A stretch of 64,000 nt of DNA. It comes from Bacteroidota bacterium. Its GTDB lineage: Bacteria; Bacteroidota; Bacteroidia; Chitinophagales; JADIYW01. Every line of letters begins with the position of its first letter. The stretch's first letter is position 1. The stretch is taken from NCBI GenBank assembly GCA_963169645.1, contig CAUJCO010000006.1:70096-134095 (forward strand), in the 5' to 3' direction. Both the position numbers and the translations under genes were made by a program. Positions 37,360-47,402 of this stretch are shown here, piece by piece. Below the pieces are notes generated by a model. That model saw only the letters and a list, made by a program, of their open reading frames with translations, was not told the origin of the DNA and searched no databases.

Positions 37360-38883
37360 TTAGCGGTAGTTTTTCTTTTCGTCAATTTCATTTTTAATTC
37401 TATGTCTAATGTCAATTTTTGCACCTATAAAAATAAATATTCCTGTCCCAAATTCTCTTGCATATTGGTTAGTTATTGAATCTGCAAGAGTTGAATATTG
37501 AAAAAAATGAGCTATTTCGGAGAATTCTGCATTTACTTCTTCTGCCTCTTTTACTTTAATTAAGTTTACATATTTTTTTGATAAGTCAAACCAATTTATG
37601 TAATCAGCATTGAATGAAACAGCTCGTAGTTTTTGTCTTGTATAAAAGTTTATAGCTCCTGCCTGTCCATAATTATCACAAAGAATAAGTGTATTGTTTT
37701 TGTTCGGTAAACCTGAATAAATGCTATCAACTTTCAAGGCTAATTCTCTCCAACCAAGCATATCTGCATAATCCTGTGGTAATAAATGGTCTTTACCATC
37801 TTCCCAACGAAGCAAACCTAGTTTTTGGTAGTTTTCTGAATGCTGAACAATATATTCAGGACTTTTATTCGGCAACGCAAACTTATAAATTGGAATAAAA
37901 AATAATAGAGGAACTGCAATTGCAATAGGTTGTAAATATTTTTTCCACCCATCTTTTAAAACATTTGCAAGATAGACAGAACCAAATGCAATGTAAATTG
38001 GATAAATACCAATGGCATAATAATCTTTTGCCTTAAAGTAAAGAAAGGCTATTATGGTAAAGAGAATAGAGAAAAAGAAAAGCCTGTATTTTTGAAATGG
38101 CTTATAAAAAAGCAACGCATAAAATGATGAAAAGATTACGATTAATGAACCCACAAAAAAGAGTAACTGATTTTTTAGAAAGTCAAATCTATTTACATTG
38201 ACTAGTTGAGTATCTGACAATTCTTTTAAGTGGTGAAAGACCGGGAAATTGTTATTGTATTGCCAAACAAGATTTGGTAAAATAAGAATCAAGCCTAATA
38301 AGATGGCAAAATATAGAGCGTGTTTAAAAAATATTTTCCTGTGCTCTGTAAACAATAAAGAAGGTAAAAGGCCAATCAATAGAAAAACAATGTTGTATTT
38401 ATTTAAAAATCCAACTGCAAATACGGTGGCTCCAACATACAGCCATTTTGAATCATCCGTTTTGATATATTTTAACAATATGAAGTATAAAGCAGTCCAA
38501 CATAAGACATCAAAGGAATTGGGCTGATACAATGTATTTAGGCGTAATAATGCAGAAAATAAAACACAAGTTGCACCTAATATCAATGCAAATAGATTTC
38601 CATTTAATGCTTCTATGGCTTTCCAAACTATATAAATTGTCAATGCACCATACAAGGCTGGAAAGAATTTAATCCAAAAAATTGAATTGCCGAGTAATTG
38701 AATAATAGAAGATGTCCAAGAAGTAAAAGGTGGAACAGAAATGTAACCCCAAGCCAAATGATTTGCTTGGTCAAGATGCAAATATTCATCTCGTTGTAAT
38801 TCATACTCATTGCTTAATAATAAAAATTGCAGCACGAATTTAAGTCCAATGAAACCTATTAAAAATGTCGTTTTTTTTGTCAT
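37360..38883 (-). CDS. GT-C fold membrane glycosyltransferase (GT39/ArnT-like)
   Basis: Polytopic membrane protein. The N-terminal loop QRDEYLHLDQANHLAWGYISVPPFTSW resembles the DE..(Y)...GY.D.PP motif of ArnT/PMT-type enzymes. The ATG at 38883 is preferred over 38919. Confidence 0.65.
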   Translation of the reverse strand: MTKKTTFLIGFIGLKFVLQFLLLSNEYELQRDEYLHLDQANHLAWGYISVPPFTSWTSSIIQLLGNSIFWIKFFPALYGALTIYIVWKAIEALNGNLFALILGATCVLFSALLRLNTLYQPNSFDVLCWTALYFILLKYIKTDDSKWLYVGATVFAVGFLNKYNIVFLLIGLLPSLLFTEHRKIFFKHALYFAILLGLILILPNLVWQYNNNFPVFHHLKELSDTQLVNVNRFDFLKNQLLFFVGSLIVIFSSFYALLFYKPFQKYRLFFFSILFTIIAFLYFKAKDYYAIGIYPIYIAFGSVYLANVLKDGWKKYLQPIAIAVPLLFFIPIYKFALPNKSPEYIVQHSENYQKLGLLRWEDGKDHLLPQDYADMLGWRELALKVDSIYSGLPNKNNTLILCDNYGQAGAINFYTRQKLRAVSFNADYINWFDLSKKYVNLIKVKEAEEVNAEFSEIAHFFQYSTLADSITNQYAREFGTGIFIFIGAKIDIRHRIKNEIDEKKNYR

Positions 38884-39019
38884 TGAGAAGTGTATAATTA
38901 AATTACCGCTAACGTACATATTTATTATAATATTTTTTTGTTTGTGGATAATTCAGGTTTTGCCTTAACACAGAATTAGATGGAATACGATATATTGCAT
39001 CTAATAAAATAAATAAACT

Positions 39020-39547
39020 ATGCAATTTAGCTACTTAACATCAATGCTGTTAGCAGCATTAATCCCATTATTTTTGGGATCTTTATGGTACAATCCTAAA
39101 ACATTTGGAAATGCTTGGATGAAAGCTTGCGGTTTGGAAGAAGATAAACTAAAAGCAAATTTTAATGCACCATTAGTATTCGGGTTAACGTACGTACTCG
39201 GTTTTTTTATTGCCGTGGGTTTATCCTCCATTGTTATTCATCAATTTGGTTTTTTCGGCATGTTGCAACGCGTAGTTGCGGAAAATGATGCCAATGCATT
39301 AGCGTTTTTAAAACAAGGTTTTGATTCGTATGGTAATGAATTCCGTACATTTAAACATGGTGCTTTGCACGGCACTTTGTCCGGGTTGTTTCTAGCTTTA
39401 CCTATTGTTACTATTAATGCACTTTTTGAACGTCGTGGATTTAAATACATTGCCATCAATGCCTGTTATTGGATATTGTGTTTTATTTTAATGGGCGGAT
39501 TTATTTGTCAGTTTACAAAAGTTGATGCCCAATTTTTTGCTCAATAA
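39020..39547 (+). CDS. DUF1761 family membrane protein
   Basis: 175 aa, 4 TM, with LGSLWYNPKTFGNAWMKACG matching the DUF1761 N-terminal pattern. Confidence 0.6.
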   Translation: MQFSYLTSMLLAALIPLFLGSLWYNPKTFGNAWMKACGLEEDKLKANFNAPLVFGLTYVLGFFIAVGLSSIVIHQFGFFGMLQRVVAENDANALAFLKQGFDSYGNEFRTFKHGALHGTLSGLFLALPIVTINALFERRGFKYIAINACYWILCFILMGGFICQFTKVDAQFFAQ

Positions 39548-39566
39548 TCTTGGATATTTTAATAAG

Positions 39567-39597
39567 AAAAGGACAGTCATGCACGACTGTCCTTTTT
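39567..39597. terminator. Bidirectional rho-independent terminator (DUF1761 gene / icd convergent)
   Basis: AAAA-GGACAGTC-ATGCAC-GACTGTCC-TTTTT. Confidence 0.85.
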
Positions 39598-39627
39598 CTA
39601 TATCTATGTAGTTCGATTATATATTCA

Positions 39628-40896
39628 TTAGAAATTTTTGATGATAGCATCGCCAAATTCCGAACATTTTAATAAGGTAGCACCTTCCATTAAACGTTCA
39701 AAATCATACGTAACCGTTTTTTGAGTGATAGCAGCTTCCATACCTTTGATAATTAAATCGGCAGCTTCTTGCCAGCCCATAAATTCCAACATCATCACGC
39801 CACTCAATATCACAGAACTTGGATTTACTTTATCTTGATTCGCATATTTCGGTGCAGTACCGTGTGTGGCTTCAAAAATAGCCATTCCTGTAATGTAATT
39901 GATATTAGCACCCGGCGCAATACCAATACCACCAACCAATGCTGCCAATGCATCCGAAATATAATCACCATTGAGGTTTAGTGTAGCCACTACATCATAT
40001 TCATCCGGACGCAAAATAATTTGTTGTAAGAAATTATCGGCAATTGCATCTTTAATAATTAATTTTCCTTCTTCTTCTGCTTTTTTCATAGCAGCCTTGG
40101 CTTCTTCCGGTCCTTCTTCCGCTAAAATAAAATCATATTGGTTCCAAGTGAAAACTTTATCAGCATATTCTCGTTCGGCTAATTTATAACCCCATTCTTT
40201 AAATTTACCTTCGGTAAATTTCATAATGTTTCCTTTGTGTACTAAGGTTAATGATTTTCTTTTGTGTGCCAATGCATAATTGATGGCAGAACGAATTAAA
40301 CGTTCCGAACCTTCTAAGGAAACCGGCTTAATACCAATAGACGATGTTTCCGGGAATCGGATTTTATCGCCAACATTCATTTCTTTTTGCAAAAAGTCGA
40401 TTATTTTTTTTGCTTCCGGTGTTCCTTGTAACCATTCAATGCCTGCATAAATATCTTCGGTATTTTCGCGGAAAATAATCATGTCCACTTGTTCCGGCAC
40501 TTTTGAGTTGGATGGTACACCATCAAAATAACGAACCGGACGCACACACGCATATAAATCTAATAATTGACGCAATGCTACATTCAATGAGCGAATGCCA
40601 CCGCCAACAGGCGTTGTCAAAGGACCTTTAATAGCAATTAAATGCTCTTCTATAACTTTTAGCGTTTCGTCCGGCAACCAAGAGCCGGTTTGTTTATAGG
40701 CTTTCTCGCCGGCTAATACTTCTTTCCAATGTATTTTTTTGGTTCCATTGTATGCTTTTTCTACTGCTGCGTCTAATACACGCACAGATGCTCTCCAAAT
40801 ATCGGGACCTGTTCCATCACCTTCAATAAAAGGAATAATCGGCTCGTTTGGCACTTGTAAGTGGCCATCTTTCATCGAAATTTTTTCTGCTGCCAT
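39628..40896 (-). CDS. icd: NADP-dependent isocitrate dehydrogenase
   Basis: 422 aa homodimeric type. [21 protein letters not shown] and [10 protein letters not shown] motifs. Confidence 0.95.
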   Translation of the reverse strand: MAAEKISMKDGHLQVPNEPIIPFIEGDGTGPDIWRASVRVLDAAVEKAYNGTKKIHWKEVLAGEKAYKQTGSWLPDETLKVIEEHLIAIKGPLTTPVGGGIRSLNVALRQLLDLYACVRPVRYFDGVPSNSKVPEQVDMIIFRENTEDIYAGIEWLQGTPEAKKIIDFLQKEMNVGDKIRFPETSSIGIKPVSLEGSERLIRSAINYALAHKRKSLTLVHKGNIMKFTEGKFKEWGYKLAEREYADKVFTWNQYDFILAEEGPEEAKAAMKKAEEEGKLIIKDAIADNFLQQIILRPDEYDVVATLNLNGDYISDALAALVGGIGIAPGANINYITGMAIFEATHGTAPKYANQDKVNPSSVILSGVMMLEFMGWQEAADLIIKGMEAAITQKTVTYDFERLMEGATLLKCSEFGDAIIKNF

Positions 40897-41116
40897 ATTT
40901 AATTGATTTAAAATTTTAAAGTTCGAAGTAGTATAATTTAGTGACTTTTGATATTGTAGTTGATTGCATCATTGATACCAAAATTCATGCTACAAATATA
41001 AACAATAATCAATGCTTTAACATAAACTTTACAGAGTTTGTTTATTTAATTGAATTAATTACATAAAATTTGGTAGTATTTTATTAAAAAAAGTTGTTGT
41101 AACAAGTAAATTGAAA

Positions 41117-41989
41117 ATGTTGAAAATAAAATTAACCCTACTTTGTCTGCTATGGTGCTATTCAAACAGCTTTGGTAATCCGAAAGAAATTACCATTATG
41201 TCGTGGAATATTTTTATGGTTCCACCTGTCATTTTTAAATCTTGCCAAGAAGAACGTGCTTATTTAATTGCCGATTATATCAAAACACAACAAGCAGATA
41301 TTGTTGTTTTAGAAGAAACATTTATGAAAAGTACCCGAAAGATTTTGCAAGATAGCCTGCAATCTGTTTATCCTTATTTATCAAAAATTACCAAACGAGG
41401 AGTAATAAAATCCAATAGTGGTATTTGGATTTTAAGTAAATATCCATTGCAAAATCAGCATTTTTCAAAATATAAAAAACGTTCCGGGTCGGATGTTTTT
41501 TCTAAGAAAGGAGCCGTATTTACAGAGGTGGTTATAGAAAATAAACGGGTGCAAATAATAGCTACACATACGCAAAGTTTAAAGAAATTTGAATCGACAA
41601 GAAACAAACAATTTATTCAATTAAAATCAACATTAGCAGACGTGTATCTTAACGATACAGTTCCACAATTTATCATCGGCGATCTGAATTGTGATTATTA
41701 CGATACGATGGCCTATCAAACGATGTTAGAAAACTTAGATGTATTGCCTACACAATTTTCCGGTGAAACCTATAGTTGGGATGGACAAAAGAATGAATTA
41801 GCTTATACGTATTTCGATCATACACAAGAGACATTGGATTATATTTTGTTGAGAAAGCAACATGCAAAAATTGCAAAAATTCATCCTGTTGAAATAAAAA
41901 ATCCTACGGCGAATGTTGCGTATTGTAAGAAACCATTTCAGCATTTATCCGATCATCATCCAATTATTTCACGTATAGAATTAAAGTAA
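41117..41989 (+). CDS. Secreted endonuclease/exonuclease/phosphatase (EEP) family protein
   Basis: Signal peptide plus IMSWNIF, VVLEETF, GDLNCD and SDHHPI catalytic motifs of the EEP fold. The ATG at 41117 is preferred over the TTG at 41111. Confidence 0.8.
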   Translation: MLKIKLTLLCLLWCYSNSFGNPKEITIMSWNIFMVPPVIFKSCQEERAYLIADYIKTQQADIVVLEETFMKSTRKILQDSLQSVYPYLSKITKRGVIKSNSGIWILSKYPLQNQHFSKYKKRSGSDVFSKKGAVFTEVVIENKRVQIIATHTQSLKKFESTRNKQFIQLKSTLADVYLNDTVPQFIIGDLNCDYYDTMAYQTMLENLDVLPTQFSGETYSWDGQKNELAYTYFDHTQETLDYILLRKQHAKIAKIHPVEIKNPTANVAYCKKPFQHLSDHHPIISRIELK

Positions 41990-42007
41990 AACCTTTATCT
42001 TTAGGGC

Positions 42008-43033
42008 ATGCAAAATCCTAATTTAGATGCCAGTGGTGAATATCTTTCCAAAACTGAAAAAGAGTTGGAAAAAGTGTTGCGTCCACAAGCATTTGAACAG
42101 TTTGCCGGTCAGCCACAGATAATAGAAAACTTAAACGTTTTTATTCAAGCTGCCAAACAACGCGACGAAGCATTAGACCATGTTTTATTGCACGGACCAC
42201 CCGGATTAGGAAAGACAACCTTATCAAATATTATTGCCAACGAATTAGGTGTAGAGCTAAAAACAACCTCTGGTCCTGTATTAGAAAAGCCGGGTGATTT
42301 AGCCGGATTATTGACCAACTTGCAACCCAATGATGTATTGTTTATTGATGAAATACATCGATTAAATACTACAGTAGAAGAATATTTATATTCTGCCATG
42401 GAAGATTATAAGATAGACATTATGATTGATAGTGGCCCAAGTGCTCGTAGTATTCAAATTACGTTAAATCCTTTTACGCTTATTGGTGCTACTACACGTT
42501 CCGGTTTGCTAACGTCACCTTTGCGCGCAAGGTTCGGAATCACGTTTAGATTAGAATACTATTCTGTTGAGGTGTTGAAGAAAATCATTAAACGATCCTC
42601 TTCAATTTTAAATACGGAAATTGATGAAAAAGGAGCTACAGAAATTGCTAAACGCAGTAGAGGAACACCACGTATAGCCAACGCTTTACTACGACGTGTT
42701 CGCGATTTTGCACAAATTAAAGGCAATGGTAAAATTGATTTAGAAATAGCCAAATACGCTTTGTCTCAATTGAATGTAGATGAAAATGGATTAGACGAAA
42801 TGGATAATAAAATTTTGTCTGCTATTATAGAAAAGTTTGCCGGTGGTCCGGTGGGCATTACCACAATTGCTACGGCTGTAGGTGAAGAAAGTGGTACTAT
42901 TGAAGAAGTATATGAACCTTTTTTAATTCAAGAAGGTTATATAAAAAGAACACCGCGCGGTCGCGAAGCGACCGCGAAAGCGTATCAGCATATTGGTAAG
43001 GTGCCGCCTTCTAAAACGGGTACTTTATTTTAA
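42008..43033 (+). CDS. ruvB: Holliday junction branch migration helicase RuvB
   Basis: [12 protein letters not shown], Walker [16 protein letters not shown] and a winged-helix C-terminus. Confidence 0.95.
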   Translation: MQNPNLDASGEYLSKTEKELEKVLRPQAFEQFAGQPQIIENLNVFIQAAKQRDEALDHVLLHGPPGLGKTTLSNIIANELGVELKTTSGPVLEKPGDLAGLLTNLQPNDVLFIDEIHRLNTTVEEYLYSAMEDYKIDIMIDSGPSARSIQITLNPFTLIGATTRSGLLTSPLRARFGITFRLEYYSVEVLKKIIKRSSSILNTEIDEKGATEIAKRSRGTPRIANALLRRVRDFAQIKGNGKIDLEIAKYALSQLNVDENGLDEMDNKILSAIIEKFAGGPVGITTIATAVGEESGTIEEVYEPFLIQEGYIKRTPRGREATAKAYQHIGKVPPSKTGTLF

Positions 43034-43051
43034 ATAATTAAATTAATAGCT

Positions 43052-43276
43052 ATGAAAGAAGAATTGATAAGTATTGCTACATTCTTCGACCATTTCGAAG
43101 CAGACTTAGCAAAGTCTAAATTAGAAGCGTATGGCATCTCTTGCATTTTAAAAGATGATAGTGTTCTGCAATCCGATTTGTTTGGTAATGGTATTACCAG
43201 TAAAGTGGAATTATTTATCCAAGAAGCAGATAAAGAAAATGCATTGAAGTTATTGGAGGAAGAAGAAGCTAATTAG
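43052..43276 (+). CDS. DUF2007-like small protein
   Basis: 74 aa. The pattern FEADLAKSKLEAYGISCILKDD is typical of the putative signal-transducing DUF2007 fold. Confidence 0.5.
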   Translation: MKEELISIATFFDHFEADLAKSKLEAYGISCILKDDSVLQSDLFGNGITSKVELFIQEADKENALKLLEEEEAN

Positions 43277-44009
43277 ATTTTTCCATACTATTGTGCAATA
43301 AGGCAAAGAGTACATAGCTCACAATGATTGTACTTAATCCCAACCATTTAAAGATAATAATTTGTGGTAGGACACTCAATAAAAATAAAACACGCATTTT
43401 ATTTTCTTTCCAATTAAAAGGATTTCCCTTCATACTAAAAATTTCTATTTCAGCTACAGCTAAGTAAGCCAAAATAAATGGAATTATCATAGCAGCAATT
43501 TTTGAATATAGTATAAAATCCCAATTACTTTCTAATCGCCATTGTGTGAAAAATTGCATGTAAAATCCGACAATAAAAATACTGCACGCCGGTGTGTTAA
43601 GCCCAATAAAATTAATGGTTTGTCGAGTATCTAAATTGAATTTAGCCAAGCGCAAGCAAGCAAATACGGTATACACAAATCCAAGATACGATGTGTATTG
43701 TTGTATAGATTTAGTTGGAGTAACAGCTATTCCGGAAATTAAATTCGTATTCGTTTCCATGATAGAAAATAAGAGCATTCCGGGCAACACGCCAAAAGTA
43801 ACCATGTCAGCCAAGGAATCTAATTGACCACCTAATTCAGATTTTACATGTAAGGCTCTTGCGATAAATCCATCTAAGAAATCAGCCAATAAAGAAATAG
43901 CAATGAAAATAGGAACGTAATTATATTGTTGTTGTAAACAAGCAATGATACCGCAACAACCGGAGAATAAATTAATGAGTGTAATAGAATTAGGAATATG
44001 TTTTACCAT
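43269..44009 (-). CDS. pssA: CDP-diacylglycerol--serine O-phosphatidyltransferase-like (CDP-alcohol phosphatidyltransferase)
   Basis: IPNSITLINLFSG... and the signature DFLDGFIARALHVKSELGGQLDSLADMVTFG (DGxxARx8Gx3Dx3D). Confidence 0.8.
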   Translation of the reverse strand: MVKHIPNSITLINLFSGCCGIIACLQQQYNYVPIFIAISLLADFLDGFIARALHVKSELGGQLDSLADMVTFGVLPGMLLFSIMETNTNLISGIAVTPTKSIQQYTSYLGFVYTVFACLRLAKFNLDTRQTINFIGLNTPACSIFIVGFYMQFFTQWRLESNWDFILYSKIAAMIIPFILAYLAVAEIEIFSMKGNPFNWKENKMRVLFLLSVLPQIIIFKWLGLSTIIVSYVLFALLHNSMEKSN

Positions 44010-44029
44010 CCTTCAAAATTTTGACAAAG

Positions 44030-45475
44030 CTAAATCTTTTTTTTGTCATCTATTTGATAAAGTTTGTCTAAATATTCCAATACTAAATCGCTTAATGTGC
44101 CACTGCCCGAAAGCTCACTCATCATACCGTACATGGCAGCTTTGCGTTTGCCATTGTCGCCACCACCCGAAAAACGTTGCGTTAGTGTAGAAAATTGTTG
44201 TTCGTTCAACATTTTTTTCAATCCTTTAATAGCTTGTAATTGCAGATTATTTTTTAGATGCAATAAGGAAAATTGTTTTGCTTTGCGAACGGCTGTTTTT
44301 AGGTCGTTTATAAACAATTCACCTTTTCCTACATGGATATAATTTAATAACACGTGCAAACTGGATGGTAATTGTTGTCGGTTAATTGACCAACCTAATT
44401 CGGCTAATTCATCTGCAACTTCATATACATCTATTGTGTCGGAACTGAAGGCAAATAAGGTAGCAATTGGATTGCCTAAAATTTTTAATTCAGGAATATC
44501 TGATTTTATTTTATCTTTTATAAAGATGGTTTCTTCATATACTTCTCTTGCCATTCTTCTATATCCTTCTTCACCAATATGATGCAATGCTGTCCAAGCT
44601 GCCGCAATTGGTCCACCACCACGTGTTCCCATAAAAGATGGTGAGCCGTAAATGCCGCCACTCCAATCGGTTTTTACATAAAATTGTCCTTTACGCAAAT
44701 CGGCATTTTTATATAATACGACCGAAGCACCTTTAGCAGCATAGCCATATTTATGTAAATCAGCCGACATAGATGTAACGCCATCTACTTCAAAATCAAA
44801 CTTTGGAATAGCCACCTTTTCCATTTTTAAAAAGGGCAAAATAAAACCACCAACACAGGCATCTACATGCAGTAAACATTTATGTTTTTTAGCTATTTTG
44901 GCAATATCTTCAATTGGGTCAATTATGCCTTGCGGATACGATGGTGCCGAAGCAACAATGAACGCTACATCCGTTGTCATGTTTCTTTTTAAATCTTCAA
45001 TATCTAATTGAAATTGCTCATCTACTTTTATTGTTTTATGATTGAATTCCATAGAGTCGGCTGCTTTACAGAATGCAGGATGTGCTGTGGAGGCTACCAA
45101 CATCAATGGATTTTTAGAGGCTAAGTTTTTCTTCGCCCATTCTTTTGCTGCTTTTACGGCCATATAAATACTTTCCGTTCCACCGGAAGTCATGCAACCA
45201 CTTACTTGTTCATCACCATGTAATAAAGAAGCCGCAATTCGAACTACTTCATTTTCCATTTTATTCAAGCTTGGAAATACTGCCGGATTGAGTGCATTGG
45301 TAGCAGAAAAGGTGGCATACGCTTCTTTTATTACGGCATAATATGCTTCACCCGGATAATACACATATCCAAAGAATTTTCCTTCTTTCCAATTCATATC
45401 CTCTTGAGTGTAAATATCCCATTTTTGGTGTATCTCATTTTTTTCTAAACCTATTTGCGGTAATGTTATATGCAT
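44030..45475 (-). CDS. PLP-dependent group II decarboxylase fold enzyme, sphingosine-1-phosphate-lyase-like
   Basis: TSGGTESI, HVDACVGGF and the PLP-lysine segment GVTSMSADLHKYGYAAKGASVVLY. The last closely parallels the SPL signature (ISADTHKYGFAPKGSS), not the GAD type. Confidence 0.7.
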   Translation of the reverse strand: MHITLPQIGLEKNEIHQKWDIYTQEDMNWKEGKFFGYVYYPGEAYYAVIKEAYATFSATNALNPAVFPSLNKMENEVVRIAASLLHGDEQVSGCMTSGGTESIYMAVKAAKEWAKKNLASKNPLMLVASTAHPAFCKAADSMEFNHKTIKVDEQFQLDIEDLKRNMTTDVAFIVASAPSYPQGIIDPIEDIAKIAKKHKCLLHVDACVGGFILPFLKMEKVAIPKFDFEVDGVTSMSADLHKYGYAAKGASVVLYKNADLRKGQFYVKTDWSGGIYGSPSFMGTRGGGPIAAAWTALHHIGEEGYRRMAREVYEETIFIKDKIKSDIPELKILGNPIATLFAFSSDTIDVYEVADELAELGWSINRQQLPSSLHVLLNYIHVGKGELFINDLKTAVRKAKQFSLLHLKNNLQLQAIKGLKKMLNEQQFSTLTQRFSGGGDNGKRKAAMYGMMSELSGSGTLSDLVLEYLDKLYQIDDKKKI

Positions 45476-45708
45476 GTTTTTATTTTTGAATGTAGTTTAA
45501 TTAACAAGTATATAAAATGTAAAGATGGGTTGTTTTATACTTCAACAATTTAATCAAAAATCTTTTATGGTGATGTATACGAATGATAGATAATTCAAGT
45601 TGTTTTGTTGTTTACATTTATGTGTTTTGATATCAGTTTTCAATTTTTTTCAATTTTTTTATGGAATTTTTTGCATTTCGTACTCTTTATAGTTGAAAGG
45701 AACGAAAT

Positions 45709-47244
45709 ATGCTTGTAAAAACGTTTGGAAGTGCAGTGTACGGTGTCGATGCGGCAACCATTACCATTGAGGTGAATGTTTGTCAAGGCACACAATATTT
45801 TATGGTGGGTTTGCCGGATAATGCAGTGAAGGAAAGTTGGAGTCGCGTAGAAAGTGCATTGCGTGTCAATAAATACAATATGCCCAGAATTCGCATTATT
45901 GTCAATTTAGCACCTGCAGATATTCGTAAAGAAGGTTCTGCCTACGATTTGCCGATTGCAATTGGTATTTTAGGTGCATCGGAACAAATAAAAATAAACA
46001 ATCTTCATAAGTATATTATAATGGGTGAGTTGTCGTTAGATGGCAAATTGAAACCCATAAAAGGAGCATTACCAATTGCCATACAAGCACAAAAAGAAGG
46101 TTTTGAAGGATTTATTTTACCGATGCAAAATGCCCGCGAAGCAGCAATCGTTGAAGGTTTAAAAGTATATGGCGTTGAGCATATTGATGAAGTGGTGGAT
46201 TTTTTAGATGAACGCATAGTATTAGAACCCATTGTGGTAAAAGCAGATGATGATTTTTTTAGTGCGGCTTATTCCAATTTAGTAGATTTCTCAGATGTAA
46301 AAGGACAAGAAAATATTAAACGCGCTTTGGAAATTGCAGCTGCCGGCGGACATAATGTTATACTTATTGGTCCGCCCGGAGCCGGAAAAACGATGCTAGC
46401 CAAGAGAATGCCTACCATCTTGCCACCTTTATCATTACAAGAAGCATTAGAAACTACCAAGATTCATTCTGTAGCCGGAAAGTTGAAGAAAAATGCATCC
46501 TTGCTGTATCAACGGCCATTTCGTTCGCCACATCATACCGTATCGAACGCTGCTTTGGTAGGTGGAGGAAGCAATCCGCAACCCGGTGAAATTTCATTGG
46601 CACATAACGGCGTTCTGTTTTTAGATGAATTGCCGGAATTTAAACGCGATGTATTAGAGGTAATGCGCCAACCCATGGAAGAACGAAAAGTGAATATTTC
46701 ACGAACACGCTTTTCGATTGATTATCCGGCCAATTTTATGTTAGTGGCAAGTATGAATCCTTGTCCGTGCGGATATTATAACCATCCGGAAAAAGATTGT
46801 GTTTGTGCTCCGGGCGTAGTGCATAAATATTTGAATAAAATATCCGGCCCATTGTTGGATAGAATTGACTTACACGTGGAGGTTACGCCGGTACGATTAG
46901 AAGATTTATCTTCTAAAACAAGTTCAGAAAAAAGCAAAGAAATTCGAGAACGCGTAATTGCTGCCCGATTAATTCAGGAAAAAAGATTTATTGCAGATGA
47001 TATACATTGTAATGCACAAATGTCCACTAAACAAACAACTGTACATTGTATTTTAGAACTTGCTTCGCAAAATTTATTGAACACCGCCATGAAACGATTG
47101 GGATTGTCTGCACGTGCTTACGAACGGATTATTCGTGTTGCAAGAACAATTGCCGATTTGGGCAATAGTGAACATATCCAATTAGAACACTTAGCAGAAG
47201 CCATTCAATTTAGAAGTTTAGATAGAGAAAGCTGGGCTGCCTAA
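45709..47244 (+). CDS. YifB/ComM family Mg-chelatase-like AAA+ ATPase
   Basis: Lon-like N-domain, Walker A GPPGAGKT, VLFLDELPEF and CPCGYYNHPEKDCVC. Confidence 0.95.
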   Translation: MLVKTFGSAVYGVDAATITIEVNVCQGTQYFMVGLPDNAVKESWSRVESALRVNKYNMPRIRIIVNLAPADIRKEGSAYDLPIAIGILGASEQIKINNLHKYIIMGELSLDGKLKPIKGALPIAIQAQKEGFEGFILPMQNAREAAIVEGLKVYGVEHIDEVVDFLDERIVLEPIVVKADDDFFSAAYSNLVDFSDVKGQENIKRALEIAAAGGHNVILIGPPGAGKTMLAKRMPTILPPLSLQEALETTKIHSVAGKLKKNASLLYQRPFRSPHHTVSNAALVGGGSNPQPGEISLAHNGVLFLDELPEFKRDVLEVMRQPMEERKVNISRTRFSIDYPANFMLVASMNPCPCGYYNHPEKDCVCAPGVVHKYLNKISGPLLDRIDLHVEVTPVRLEDLSSKTSSEKSKEIRERVIAARLIQEKRFIADDIHCNAQMSTKQTTVHCILELASQNLLNTAMKRLGLSARAYERIIRVARTIADLGNSEHIQLEHLAEAIQFRSLDRESWAA

Positions 47245-47297
47245 TGCTCGCTTCTTTTTGTAATTCGTCTCTCCATACGAATTCATTTAGTTCCTTT

Positions 47298-47330
47298 TGC
47301 CGCAAAATCTTTTTTTGCGGCATTTTTTTT
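47298..47330 (+). terminator. Rho-independent terminator after the comM-like gene
   Basis: TGCCGCAAAA-loop-TTTTGCGGCA followed by T8. Confidence 0.85.
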
Positions 47331-47402
47331 AATTAACATTCGTTGAGTATTAAATGCATTGGTTTCATAAACAAGCATTTATTTTGCAAGAAATAAACTT
47401 GT

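Noticed and set aside
41117-41989. Calling the EEP-fold protein a sphingomyelinase to strengthen a sphingolipid theme
   Set aside because: The motifs I can see are generic to the whole EEP superfamily. Substrate cannot be inferred without alignment or phylogeny.
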